The notes under the pieces were generated by a model. That model did not search any database and was not told where the DNA came from. It saw only the letters and a list, made by a program, of their open reading frames with translations. A DNA stretch of 64,000 bases from Chrysemys picta bellii. Taxonomy: Eukaryota. The stretch spans positions 52,266,001 through 52,330,000 of the forward strand of contig NC_088801.1 in the NCBI RefSeq assembly GCF_011386835.1, given 5' to 3'. This document shows positions 1-11,893 of this stretch, in pieces. How positions within the stretch are numbered: the stretch's first letter is position 1; the number at the start of each line of letters is the position of its first letter. The translations under genes were made by a program, and so were the position numbers.

Positions 1-1774
1 GGAAAACCTAATTCTGCAGAGCAGAAGGAATGTACAACTGCCTATGCAGCATATGCATATGGTTTTTATTTGCAGTAAAGAAGCTGGTGTTTCAAAACAG
101 GCTTTTTAATTAGGTCAGATATTTTTAATGACTATACAGTAGGAAGCAGAGTAGAATTATTAAGGCGGCAGCAACATATTTCTTTCATTCACAAAAACTA
201 TATAATTCAAAGCATATTTTCTATTCTGCTTTTTTCCTTAAATTACTGGTTCACATTAGATCCTGAAAAATGCAGTAGCATGAATAATGAAAACTGCAAG
301 GTATTTAAACTGTTTAGTTATTATCTGAAGGGTTAGTCTTTTTCAGATATGGGCATGTACAATGTGCAATAAAACACTCATGACATTTTGTGAAAAATTA
401 TTTATAATACACTTGTGTGTGTAAGAGAGAGATGATTGGTACAGCCTGCATAGATGATGTAGGGATGAAAGTAGGTTTGTGGTTTTAATTTGCAGTTTTT
501 TAGAATGTACACTACAGTTGTTAATTTGGGGAAAGTACTTAGCATTAAAAAGTTTCGTAATTCTGGGGGATGATGTACATAAATTGATATTATAATAATA
601 AAATTGTCCTAGTTCTCTGATGTTTGGTACTCTTATGTTATAACCATATTTTTGTATTTCAAAACTGTTATATATAAGTTTTTTTTGTGCCTGATATAAT
701 GTGTGCACAGAAACACTTTACAATCAAGAACTGCATTATAAACTTTCAGTATAACTGCCTGCAATTAATCTTTTATAAACCAGAAGCATTAGCTGAAAGC
801 ATGGATTTATGGGGACATTTTTTGAGGTTTTTAGATAGAGGGAACTGCTCAAGTGAAGGGTTTGTTGAATGTAATTGTTTGATTTGTTGATGCAAGGACA
901 GTTGAGAAGTATTGTGTGCTTGCAGGCTGATACAAATCCCTGCCTTCAAAGACAGGTTAAGACATCAGATATGCAATGCTGAAAGCCCAAGCATAAATAA
1001 AGTAAAGATAAAGCAAAGTTCAGAGTCTCGTTACTCTCCTGTTGGTGAAGTTATGTAGTACTTATGAAGGTTTCCTTATGTAGTTGTTCTATTGTAATGT
1101 AGACTTTCAATATTAAAACCCCACTACTTATTGCAGCAGAGTCACCAGGGCCTCACACACACTCCTTACATATCCAGAAAAACAGTTGTTCCACTTTTGA
1201 AATTTTTGTCACATTTTGGTTTGGGTTAAAATGAAATAAAAGGGTTTAGCTGTGATTGGGGCACAAAATGGTTGCTTTCACTTGTCTCCTTAATGCTACT
1301 AAGGTGTCATTTTTTTGAATGGTAATAGTGGTGAAACTTGTGTTAAACTTCTCTTAAATGTGACAAAAGCTACTTCTTTCTCATAATCTTTTAGTAATAC
1401 CTGAAGGCTCGAAATAAATCTGTGTTGTCAGATTAATGAATTGTAAGTTTTAAAGCAGCCTAGAAATGCTATTATTGGAGAAGTTTACAAAAATAAACCA
1501 CGGTATCAATTTCTAGAGCAATATTAGGGTGCACTCAGATTGTGAAATCATTGCCCTAAAAACATAGCACAAATGTGGTGGTCTAATATTTCAAACTCCA
1601 TTCTTCACATACAATGAATTAAAATTTCCGCTTGGCAAAGTGTAACCCAGTTAAAGCTACAGGGACTTGTAAAGCTGTTTAACTTTTCAAACTGCTTCCA
1701 CTAGGAACCTATTAGGGCCAAATTTTCAAAATATAATCTGGAAATAAAGAAGGCAGACATGTACATTCTGTTAT

Positions 1775-1918
1775 TGGGAATGGGCGACAGAGGATGGATC
1801 ACTTGATGATTACCTGTTCTGTTCATTCTCTTTGGGGCACCCGGCACTGGCCGCTGTCAGAAAACAAAGGTCCATAAAGCCCAGTATCCTGGTCTGACCC
1901 AGTATGGCTGTTCTTATG
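1775..1918 (+). mobile_element. CR1 LINE 3' end fragment
   Basis: Ends in TTCTTATG. Matches the reverse complement of the CR1 3' end at 33370-33510 (ggatggatcacttgatga..cctgttctgttc; ggtctgacccagtatg..ttcttatg). Confidence 0.8.
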
Positions 1919-3820
1919 TCATTAGTTCCTGCAGTTGTTTGCATGTGAAAAATTAGAGGTGGAGTTCAGGAGCATTTGAACATTTGACCCTTGGAATCAG
2001 TGTTACCTTTTCACTTTTGCATCAAGTCACTATATAAATTACTTCAATTTTATCCTCTGGGTGTATTTAAAATGATCATACTAAAAGAATAGTAGAGATA
2101 TTTGAAGAAGATGAAGGTCTTTACCTTGGTTTCTACTGTGTCGTTTGTTTTCCAGAACGGTGGTAATTTCTAACCTGTGAACTAGTTCATACTTCGTCAT
2201 CTATTGCAATTGGACACCTAAAAAAATATTGGATTCTAAATGTATAGAAAGGCTTTTTGAACATACATTATTTGGATATGTTCATTTAATCATGATATTT
2301 TGAAGTTTAGAATAAGCATACAAGGTCATTTGGTCAGTTTCCTTTCCTTCCATTTCCTTTCTTAACCTCCTGTGGTGCAACTGTAAAAAGGGGCAAAAAT
2401 ACGCTGGTGCTGAATTTACCTATCCCTTTATCTGATCTGTAATTTTTCATCTGTCATTGGAACTCTCAGTCAAGGGGAGGGAACTCCCTGCATGAGACTT
2501 CACCAAATAAATAAAACTTTGTTCCTAGACCCATATCCTCTCTAAATCTGTATGCTGCTACTTGTCCTCCTTGCAAGTTTTACCTGTATGGGATTGGGAA
2601 GAAGTTCAGATTTCAGGTTAAACTTGATACTCAGATTAACCTGATGTCGATGAGTGGTTTGGGAAAACATAAAATCTGAATGTGATGTGTAATTTTCTTG
2701 TGAAGCAACATCTCTTTCCAAGTGATTTCACAATAATCTTTTATTTTTCAATGACATTCTCTTGTGTGCAATGTGATGTGAATGAGTTAAACCTTTCTCT
2801 AGACATTGCTTTCTTTGAACATTCTGCAAATTCAGCGTTCCTGTTGTCAGGATTTGGATTGGCTGCCCAAGGGAATGGTGTAAATAGGCCAGATTAACTT
2901 GATTTTTCATAAAATGGCATCAAGCCACAAACCTATTTTTTGTTTTATGGAAGGAAGAAGAGAATTTTATTTTATTTTATTTTTTACAGTTTTATACTGA
3001 ATTATATAATTGATTTTTCATTATACAAATCACGGCATAAGTAAACTAAGATGTAAAGCAAATAAAGAACAGTATTCGTATTAGGCCAGGTTTGTTTGTG
3101 TTTTGTTTTGCTTTTGCCAGAAGAGAAAGTATTGTTTTTCTAACCACTTCTGGAATCAGTTAAAAAGCCTAAACTTAAATATTAAATGAGATCTTTTCCC
3201 CTTCTGCTGAATTTTCATTGTTTAATAGATAAACCTTTAAATATTTAAGTCCTTACTTTTGAAAAACACATTTCAGTGTTCTATAGGATCTGATATAGTT
3301 TATTTCTGCAAATGGCACTGTAGTATAATTGCTATTTGAAGAGGAGAGGAAGGGCAATACAAATTAAATATTTAAGCTTCTCTGGACATTAAATTGTGTC
3401 AAGGACAGAAAGGAAAAACTAAACAGTTTAAAAGGATACCATCAACTTAAACTTCACACATATCTGTGTTGTTGCAAGTAACACCGGTGATCGCTGTAAC
3501 TGTAAAATACTGTTTTTCCTGTAATCTTTGCTCCTTTTGGCATCTTTATTTCTGTGCATTTGACAATATTTTGCATATAGTCAATTTCACTGTTTCCATT
3601 GTATAGTCAGTTTCCCCTGGAATTTGGCACACCAAGAATAGGGGAGAGAAAAACATTTTTAAAAATATGATTGTAAAATCCCCTAAATAAACAAAGGTCT
3701 CTGGCACAGATTGTAGTAAATGAAACCACTTTTAAGTAATCTATTTTTAATTGAGTAGATTTCATAATGAGAGGGTTCTTTCCATATCACAGAATTTTTG
3801 TAATTCAGGTTACAGACGTG

Positions 3821-3935
3821 GGGCCTGATCCTGCAGACACTGAAGCACATGCATAACTTTACTCATGTGAATAATACTGTGGACTTCATGTGGGTAAACT
3901 TACACAAACACCTGAGTGTCTGCAGGATTGGGCCC
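3821..3935. mobile_element. Short palindromic MITE-like element
   Basis: 20-bp terminal inverted repeats gggcctgatcctgcagacac / gtgtctgcaggattgggccc (18/20). Confidence 0.7.
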
Positions 3936-5220
3936 AAGGGGTACCATGCTCCTACTAGAGGACAATAATATGCTATTCATCACTTCCAATTATGGAAACC
4001 TTTTCCTTATTCCCATTTATTAAGTGAGGTAGTTTCTTCCAGAGGTTGTGCTAAAGGCTGTTCAATACATCGAAAAACATTATTGGCAAGGAGTGTGTTT
4101 GGACAACAGCACTTCCTTCTGCTAGAAACATTAATAGAGGTGCTTGTTCTCTGTCTACATATATACACACAAGCCGTATCCTCTGATCCAGAGTAATGGT
4201 AGAACATTAACTTTGGCATTTAGCTTATGCAATAGAGACTGAGGATTTTTAAGGTGGGGTCTCTTAGCCCTCTCAGCTTCTTAAAAGGAGAACATGGAGG
4301 ATGAGGATTAGCGGTGATCCTGATCATTTTGAACTGCTGCTAATAACACTGGAAAAATCATCCTTGTATGCTGGCTGGCTTGGGATCAGGAGTTTTGGGA
4401 AGATTTAGTGGAATGCATTTGGAAGCTAAAAGTAAAGGGGAAGGAAACACAACTTGGTTTTTCCAGTAACAAAACCCGCAGATGAATACTCCATATGGCT
4501 TGCTGCTCTTGCCTAGAGTAAACCTGCCTAAACGACGACTGTGAAATGAACATCAAACTACATCCAAACTCCACATCAACTGAAACCAACTCTCACTCCT
4601 TCATGGGCTGAAACACTCAACTTTAAAATAACTCAAAAATGGGTGTTAGAAATGGATGCTGTGACTGATGTTATCGTCAGCAGATGAAGTTTGTGTGGCA
4701 AAAGCTTTTTGAAATGGACTCCCCCTCCAACCCTTATTATCAAATGTCAAAGTTTTAAGGTGACAAGACAAAATTACATTATACAAACCAGAGCTGAACA
4801 AAACTGTTGACACCAACAAAAAGAAAAACGGAGATGTCATTTCTTAAAATCATAATGCCTTTATATACTTCCTAGAATGCTACCTGCTTTCAGCTTTCTC
4901 CTATTTATGGCTGTTAGGCATTTGGCACTTAGCTTAATCTCTGAAAATTAAATCTAAAATAAAAGTAAACCTCTGTTCCAAGAAATAAGTGTACCTTAGG
5001 GGGGTGATCTTGCTGAAACAAAGCCATTGACCCATCCATTTCAACCACATTCTCCAACATGTCCATTATTAGCCTAGATAAGTGTGTACAAAATCTTGTA
5101 CCCATAGATGGAGACAAGAAACAAGCAAAGCTCTTCTGCTGTCACTCATGCTGCAAAGGGGACAGGCAGACCATGCTAACAAGTGTGACATGGTTGTCAT
5201 CGGTGGTTGTCTGATATAAC

Positions 5221-5778
5221 CAGGGCCGGCTCTAACTTTTTTGCCACCCCAGGCAAAAAAGAAGAGCGCCACCCTGCCGAAACCCCCGCCCTGCCCCACC
5301 CCACCCCCCAGCGCTGCGCCGGGCTGCCCAAACCCCTGGAGCGCTGGGCCGCTCAAACCCTGGCCCCCCCAAGTGCCGCGCTGGGCCGCCGAACCCTCCC
5401 CCGAGCGCCGGGCCGGGTCGCCAAAACCCCCCGCCCCCGAGGGCCGGGCCGCCCAAACCCCTGGAGCGCCGGGCCGGGCTGGCCAAACCTCCCCCCTCCT
5501 CCCCCCGAGCACTGCGCCGGGCTGGGCCGCCCAAATTCCCAGAGCGCCGGGCGGGGCCGCCAAAGCGCCCACTCCCTCCCCTCCCCCCAGTGCCACGGGA
5601 TGCCGCAACACTCCCCGCGCTGCCCGGCCGAAACAAAAACAAAAAACCCTTGAGCGCTGCCCCGCTGAACAAAAAAAAACCCACCGCGAGCGCCACCTGC
5701 CACCCCAACATTGGCCGCCCCTTCTAAGGTGCTGCCCCAAGCACGTGCTTGGTTGGCTGGTGCCTGGAGCCGGCCCTG
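5221..5778. mobile_element. hAT-like non-autonomous DNA transposon with GC-rich minisatellite interior
   Basis: TIRs cagggccggctc / gagccggccctg. 8-bp TSD gatataac / gatctaac (7/8). Same TIRs as 58139-58564. Confidence 0.85.
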
Positions 5779-5909
5779 GATCTAACATCCCTTCTAGAAG
5801 GTGGCAGCTGAGTATTTTAATTTCTTTTTCAATGTTCTCTGCAGGAGAGCTGAGCTCTGTAGGCAAGGGGACATTATGGCAGAGTTCACTGGGATGAGAT
5901 AAGATAAAT

Positions 5910-6000
5910 TCTATAGATGGAGAAGCTGAAGCTCAGAGGTTAGGTGAGCTTGCCCAAGTTCACACTCCAATTCACTCTCAGAACCGGGAGTAGAACCTGA
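5910..6000 (+). mobile_element. MIR/CORE-SINE fragment
   Basis: Resembles the MIR core (agatg.agaa.ctga.gctcagaggtta.gtga.cttgcccaag.tcaca), from recall. Confidence 0.6.
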
Positions 6001-6230
6001 GGCACCAAGGCCAATTCCTAACTTTCTAGAGCAAAGAAGGAAAAAGCACCATTTAGCATGCAATTAATACAAAACCTGAGGGGAGGTGTGAGTGTACTGC
6101 AAACATGCAGGAAAAGAAACTTAGCTCAAGACTTCCTGAAGTCTTGTGCCATCCTGTCACTTTAAGAAGTTTAATATAATTTAGCAACAGAGAGTCCTGT
6201 GGCACCTTTAAGACTAACAGATGTATTGGA

Positions 6231-6270
6231 GCATAAGCTTTCGTGGGTGAATGCCCACTTCGTCGGATGC
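6231..6270 (-). ncRNA. Minimal type I hammerhead ribozyme motif
   Basis: GCAT-CCGACGA-A-GTGGG-cattca-CCCAC-GAAA-GC-TT-ATGC; helix I GCAT/ATGC, helix II GTGGG/CCCAC, palindromic AAGCTT at helix III. Confidence 0.75.
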
Positions 6271-6308
6271 AGCTGACGAAGTGGGCATTCACCCATGAAA
6301 GCTTATGC
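6269..6308 (+). ncRNA. Minimal hammerhead ribozyme motif (canonical CUGANGA core, weakened helices)
   Basis: gcag-CTGACGA-A-GTGGG-cattca-CCCAT-GAAA-GC-TT-ATGC; helix I has a mismatch next to the core and helix II a G-U pair. Confidence 0.6.
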
Positions 6309-8553
6309 TCCAATACATCTGTTAGTCTTAAAAGTGCCACAGGACTCTCTGTTGCTTTTTACAGATCCAGACTAACACGGCTACCCCTCTGATACTTAAT
6401 ATAATTTAGTTCCATTTGTTTGGTGGTATTTTAAATAACAGACTGTGACTAGTGAGGATAGCTCAATGGTCGAAACAGCTCAAGGGATCAGATAAAGTCT
6501 AATTAGGTTGTCATTAGGAGTGCCATGTAGCTAAGGATCCCTACCAACCACTTCCGGTGGAAAATGTGTGGAGACCAGAGGAGCCACAGAGTCTGTACAT
6601 TCAGTGACCCTTCTGCCCCCACATAGTGGTCAGTGGGTGTGAAATCCTCTATGTTGGAAAATGGAATGGAGATCTGGGGATTTGTGGAATTCTGGCCCAG
6701 AATTTTGTGGTCCATGCCCAGCTGTGTGGATGGAGTCTTCCACCGCACTGCCTTGCAGCCCAGCCCATAGCAACCCCTCTCGCATAGCAATGCTGCAGGC
6801 CTAGTAGCCATGCTCCTTGACTCACCGACTTCAACTGTCCTCTGTCCCTCTGCAGAGGGTAAGTAGGAGCGAAAGCTTTTTGCAGCAAGACCTGCTGACT
6901 CTTGCAGGCCTGGCAGGTTTGAATGTCACTTAGTGTGACTCCACCTCCTATCCTACCTGCATTTTCAGTTGAGGCCAGTTAGGGTATTGATATTTGGTGG
7001 ACAGGAAAGCTAGCCTCAAGGAAAGGGGGTACCTGCTCTACCCTGTTCCTTCTGTGCAGGCTCCTATCACAGTAGTCACTCCCCCATCTCTATTTGCAGC
7101 TCTTTGCAGTGCTCACTGGTGGTTGGGAGCATATGCACTTTGAGGATAAAGAATAAAATTGCAATATGTTGTTTTAGATTTTGCTATATTAGCAAAGATT
7201 CTCTAAATACTGCTTTGTCTTGCCCTTTTCTGGATTTAATTAAGCCATGTGGTGAGTCTTTTATCTTTTTATTTTAAATTCAGTTTCTAATTAAGAGCTG
7301 GCCTTACTGAAAGATGCTTTGTTCCCCTTTCAGGGCCAGATTGCTAACCATATCTACAGCCCAGCTATTTCCCAGAACTTGAGCAAAAGGCAAAACTTAA
7401 GCACAGTTGAAGAGACATGAAAACATCCTCTTGCTCTCCAGGCATTTTTCACCAATCTTACTATCTCTTAGCATGAGAAATTTTCACAACCAAATGAGCT
7501 GATGCTCTCATAAATCCTATACCAACTTAATTCCCTTCTCCAAGTCTTCAGGACTACAAAATAAATTCCTGTTGGGCTAAAAGAAGGAAAATGGAGAAGT
7601 ATGAAAGGTAGCGTACAAATGAAGGCACTTAGGACTGGATTCTGGCAGAGTGAAGGGGCCTAGAAGTGGATGTGAATTACAACCTAAGAATAATGCAAAA
7701 AGTGAAACTAATGAAAAATAAAGTAAATGTTACCAATTTTCAGTTACCAATTTAGGAAAGAATCTTTGTTTTAAACTGATAAAAACTATTTGCAACATGT
7801 GCATTCCCGTTGGACAGTCCATCAACTTGGGCACAAAACTTGTCCCTGTCTTTGTTACCAAATAAATGGATTATGTATTATCACAATTTTTTATGTTGGC
7901 AAAGTTATGAAGTCATGTCTTTTATGAATAATACTCTCATCAGCATGACTTCTGAGAACCTTATAGGTTTATCCTAATCCATAGGTGTGATCTATAGTTG
8001 GACCTGACTTCCCCCTCCCCCTCTTTCTGTCCAGGTGAAGGTAGGATTCCTGGGAATTTCACTTTGCTTTTTTATTCTTGGTTCAGTCTATGAGTGGAAA
8101 AAAATCACGTAAATCCAGTGCTGACATTAGGGAATAAATGTATTCCTCCATGTCAGAACACTCCTGCTCATTCTAAAGGTGCCATTTCTGAGTCCTTTCT
8201 TCGTCGTAAATCCTCAAACACAGTTGGGTGGCAAAACACGGAGGGTCAGGTGCTCCTCAAGTATGATCCGATGTCTTTATGCCACTTAATGCATTTTAGC
8301 AGATTAATTGGGACTATATGTCACTGAAGTCCATTAGAGCAACTCCATGGCTGCCCTAGCTCATACTGGGGTTGGCATGGCACTTGGAATCAAGTCATTG
8401 GAGCAGTGCTCGGCCACAGGAGAGTATCCGCCCCTGAGAGTCTGTCAGTGAGTTTCATTGCTTTGCCTTGCAAGTTTTTCTTTTACCAACTTCAGTGAGG
8501 CTGTGAATCCCTGTGTGAACTGGAACTCAGCAGTGCCCCTCAATATGTGTAGC

Positions 8554-9099
8554 CAGGGCTGGATTAAGGCAATCCAAGCCCCTAGCCACACTATGACACA
8601 GGGTCCCCCTGAAGCCCTGCCTCCACCTGGAGCATCATGATCTCCTCCCTTCCCAGATAGGCAGAGGGCAGCAGCTTGGATCTTCCAAGGGATGGCAGCC
8701 GGAATCTCCTAATTCCTTGAGAGCATCAGTGGTCCCCTCCCTGGAGAGGTAGGGATTGAAACAGCGGCTCTTCCTATACTTACCTTAGCAGGGGAGGAAA
8801 GGGTGTGAGTGGGCCAGGCCCGCTGTATTACTCTCTTCCTGCAACACAGTGACCTGTTGGGGGTGGTGGGAGATGTATGGAGCAGATCACCCTACTGAGA
8901 GATTGCTTCAGGCTGTTTCAGCCAGATATCACTGCGACTGGCACTGGTAATGTGTCAGTCACGTTTTCAATTTTTTTCCCCACAAACATTGTCTAGAAAA
9001 TGTTTTTGTAAATGGAAGTTGAGGTGCCCTCCTCATCACAAGATTCCAGGAGGCCGTGGGCATAGGCCTGTATAGCATCTCTGCCTTAATCCAGCCCTG
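8554..9099. mobile_element. hAT-like MITE (older)
   Basis: Perfect 18-bp TIRs cagggctggattaaggca / tgccttaatccagccctg; degenerate 8-bp flanks tgtgtagc / ggtggaga (5/8). Confidence 0.75.
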
Positions 9100-10689
9100 G
9101 GTGGAGAAACAGCTGTAGACTGTTTTACTGTATAGTAGGCATTGGGAAGGTGTCCGTCATGTTGTGTTACAATTCAAAGGTATTCTAAAGACTTCCCTCA
9201 GTGCAGTTGTTCTTCCATCTCCTTCTGCCTTGCACTGGCTACTAGACATTCCTTTGTCTCTCAGATCCCTGTGTGTGCTGCATCCTCCTTTTGGTTACTG
9301 GACGAGGCCTGACTGTTAACTGCTTGCTTCCCTCATGCAGTTTTGCATGGTGTATGCCTCAGACTCCTCAAATCAGTGGACTTCTTTGCTCCCAGGGTGG
9401 CATCTCTCTCCAGCCAATGGTATGCTAGGTGCGCACTGGTCTCAGCATTGATTCAGGCATGTGGGTTTTCTGGACTACAGCATGTTTCTTGGTGTGTATC
9501 GTGGTAAGCTTGCGGGCAGAGCTGACAGCAGGGCAGCTGTCCTGTACCTGAGCCTTCTGGGTCCTCTATCCATGACTCTGCTGCTGTGTGCATCTGTGCA
9601 GTAGATTCCTTGCATGAGAAGCAGGAGAAGGGCTGGCTGGTGCCACCAGGGCCTGCTGAGGAAGCCAGCCAGGGCACCAGTGTCAATAGAGACTACCTTG
9701 CAATCTGACATAAGGCATGAGGCAGCACTCTGCCTGACCTCTGTAAGAGAAGCCCTTGGCCTGCGTGGCTCCCTGGTAAAAGGGAGGGAAGATTTAATGA
9801 TGGGGGGGGGACAAGGAGGATGAAATACTAGGGGAGAAAGATGGGGGGGGGAGTGAAAGGCAAGGGGGCACAAGGACAGGTGAGAACAAACCTTGAGGAA
9901 AAGGGATCTGAGAAAGAGAGAGGTGAAATTAAACTGAGACTAGGAGGTGGAATGACAAATGGGGGAAATACAGACACGAAGCGTGAAGAGCTGAGACCAA
10001 GGTGTGGCACAGCAAATGAGAATTAAACACAGAGGAGGGGTAAGAAGCACAGTCTGAGGGGCCTGGGACAGAGAGAAGGTATGGGGGAAGGGCGTAGGAA
10101 TGGGTAGAAAAATGGTGGAAGCGAATGATCGTACTTGCCAGCCTCACGCATTTTGCTAGGCACAATCTTCCACATGAGGCGTCGGCCTCGGGCCATTTTT
10201 GAGAAACATGTATCATATGTGACTCTTAACAGAATTTCCAGACTTCAGTCAGGGCTGGCCAGGGTACTGAAATCACTACTTAGTGGCTGCATTACTGCTT
10301 CAGGAGAGGCACATCTATATTGTGATTAATGCTTTTATAGACTCCATAGTCTCCTTCCTTTAGCTAGACTGGAACCCAAACTAGTCTGCCTCTGATCCTG
10401 ATCCATAGAGGATATGTCTGTTACAGCCTCAGCTAGATAATTATGGTTGTTTAGCTCAATCTGTAACAACTTATGTTTTTAGCTCAGGTGGTCCCTGGTT
10501 CAGTCCTTCCTGTGTTGGCCAAGATGGTGGCTGTCACAGATGTAGTCTATCAGAAACGGGGGGACTGTAGCTTCTCCAGCTGAGACGAAAGGACTGGAAT
10601 TTGATTCTTTTGAAATGTATGCCCAGTCAGTAAGATAGTGGTAGCACCATGCTTTCTTTTAATAGATCGAAGGCAAGTAATCGGCGTTC

Positions 10690-10770
10690 AGAAACGGTGA
10701 GATTGAAGGACGTAGGGGTGGAGGGGACATCCTGGGTCATCAAGTCCAGTCCTCTGCTTATTACAGCCCA
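10690..10770 (-). mobile_element. Degenerate CR1 3' UTR fragment
   Basis: ggaggggacatcctgggtcatcaagtccagtcc resembles the antisense CR1 3' end; similar to 63611-63658. Confidence 0.4.
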
Positions 10771-11821
10771 ACCATATTTTCCTTACTATGCTATTTGGAA
10801 TGTTCTTGCTTTATATGTGAAAAGAAGACTTTACTGAACATGACATTTGAAAACATGAATCCTTGGAGGCTGCATAAATATCTGTGACAATGATGTGGCT
10901 TTTTTGTGTACTGTTTCCTTTAAATTCTAAGCAATCTCCATGGGTGAGGAATTCAGCAACCATTTTGTTCTCAGATTTCAGTGCAGACTGTTGGAGGAGA
11001 GAGACACTGTGCTTGCTCATGGAAACTTTACTTTTTGTACTGTTGCATTCGTAATCTATCAAAGGCCGTTGAATCAAAAGATTTGCTGGCATATTATGGA
11101 AAAATATAAAACTGTTGGCGATTAGTGGGGATGCAAAGCAAAGATTTCAGAGGAAGGGAAGAAGGAGTGAAGAGGTCCCCTAGTAGAAATTAATTAAAAA
11201 AAAGTCAAATGGCCACTTAGTGGAAATGTAAAATCTTTTAAAGTTTAATGAAAATGTTTAATGAAAAAGAGGAACAATATGGATCATAAGTACAGAGAAA
11301 GAAGGAATATCTTTAGGCAAAGGCTATACAATTTTTTTTTCCTAACGCCAGTTGGAAAAATGACACTTGGTTGAACACTTACGCTTTCCACGGGTGAGAT
11401 GGAGTTTAAGGATTTAATAAAGGATCTTAAAAGGAATTATGCGCTGAAACGTAACTGTGTTTAGCTGAAAGAGAGAAATAGTTCTGAATTACCAGCCTAT
11501 TCTTTTCCTTAAATATAAATAAAATAAAATAAATTTGGGGCCTAAAATTACTTGACGTTGGCCCTGTAAGAAGTGCAGTTTATGGTTTCCTTCTCCTACT
11601 AAAATGTATACATGTATTATGAATATAAACAAGAATGCACCTGTTATTGTATGGTATTGGCTTTGTTACGAATGTATGTCTTAATGAATACAGGTTTGGG
11701 AATTTATGTGGGAAAGTCAACTTGCAACTAAGTTGGTATTCCAGTATTTAACTTTTTTTTTATATATATATATTGGATCACATGTGTCTGCACTGTACAT
11801 AGGCATTAAAGACAAAGTCCT

Positions 11822-11893
11822 GGGATGAAATCCTGGGTCTACTGAAGTCAATGGCAGAACTCCCATTGACTTTAATGGGGCCAGGGTTTCATC
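11822..11893. repeat. About 70-bp hairpin element (cattgaagtcaatg family)
   Basis: Inverted ends gggatgaaatcctgg / ccagggtttcatcc; homologous to 20408-20479 and 54678-54739. Confidence 0.75.

Larger units (their letters stand above)
6185..6395. mobile_element. Penelope-like pLTR insertion as a fold-back palindrome
   Basis: Arms 6183-6269 and 6270-6356 are reverse complements with 4 mismatches in 87 bp. 14-bp TSD ttaatataatttag at 6171-6184 and 6396-6409. Homologous to the 3' pLTR at 32018-32141. Confidence 0.9.

Noticed and set aside
343-708. 121-aa minus-strand ORF
   Set aside because: AT-rich, no recognisable motif or convincing splice context.
4540-4685. Frame containing TLTPSWAETLNFK, reminiscent of C2 domains
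   Set aside because: Bounded by stops, no usable splice sites, similarity too short.
5280-5570. Repeat array as a possible CRISPR
   Set aside because: Degenerate GC minisatellite without unique regular spacers, in eukaryotic DNA.
5069-5897. Several overlapping 116-265 aa Pro/Gly/Ala-rich ORFs
   Set aside because: They fall in the stop-poor GC-rich interior of a TIR/TSD-bounded MITE and are open on both strands.
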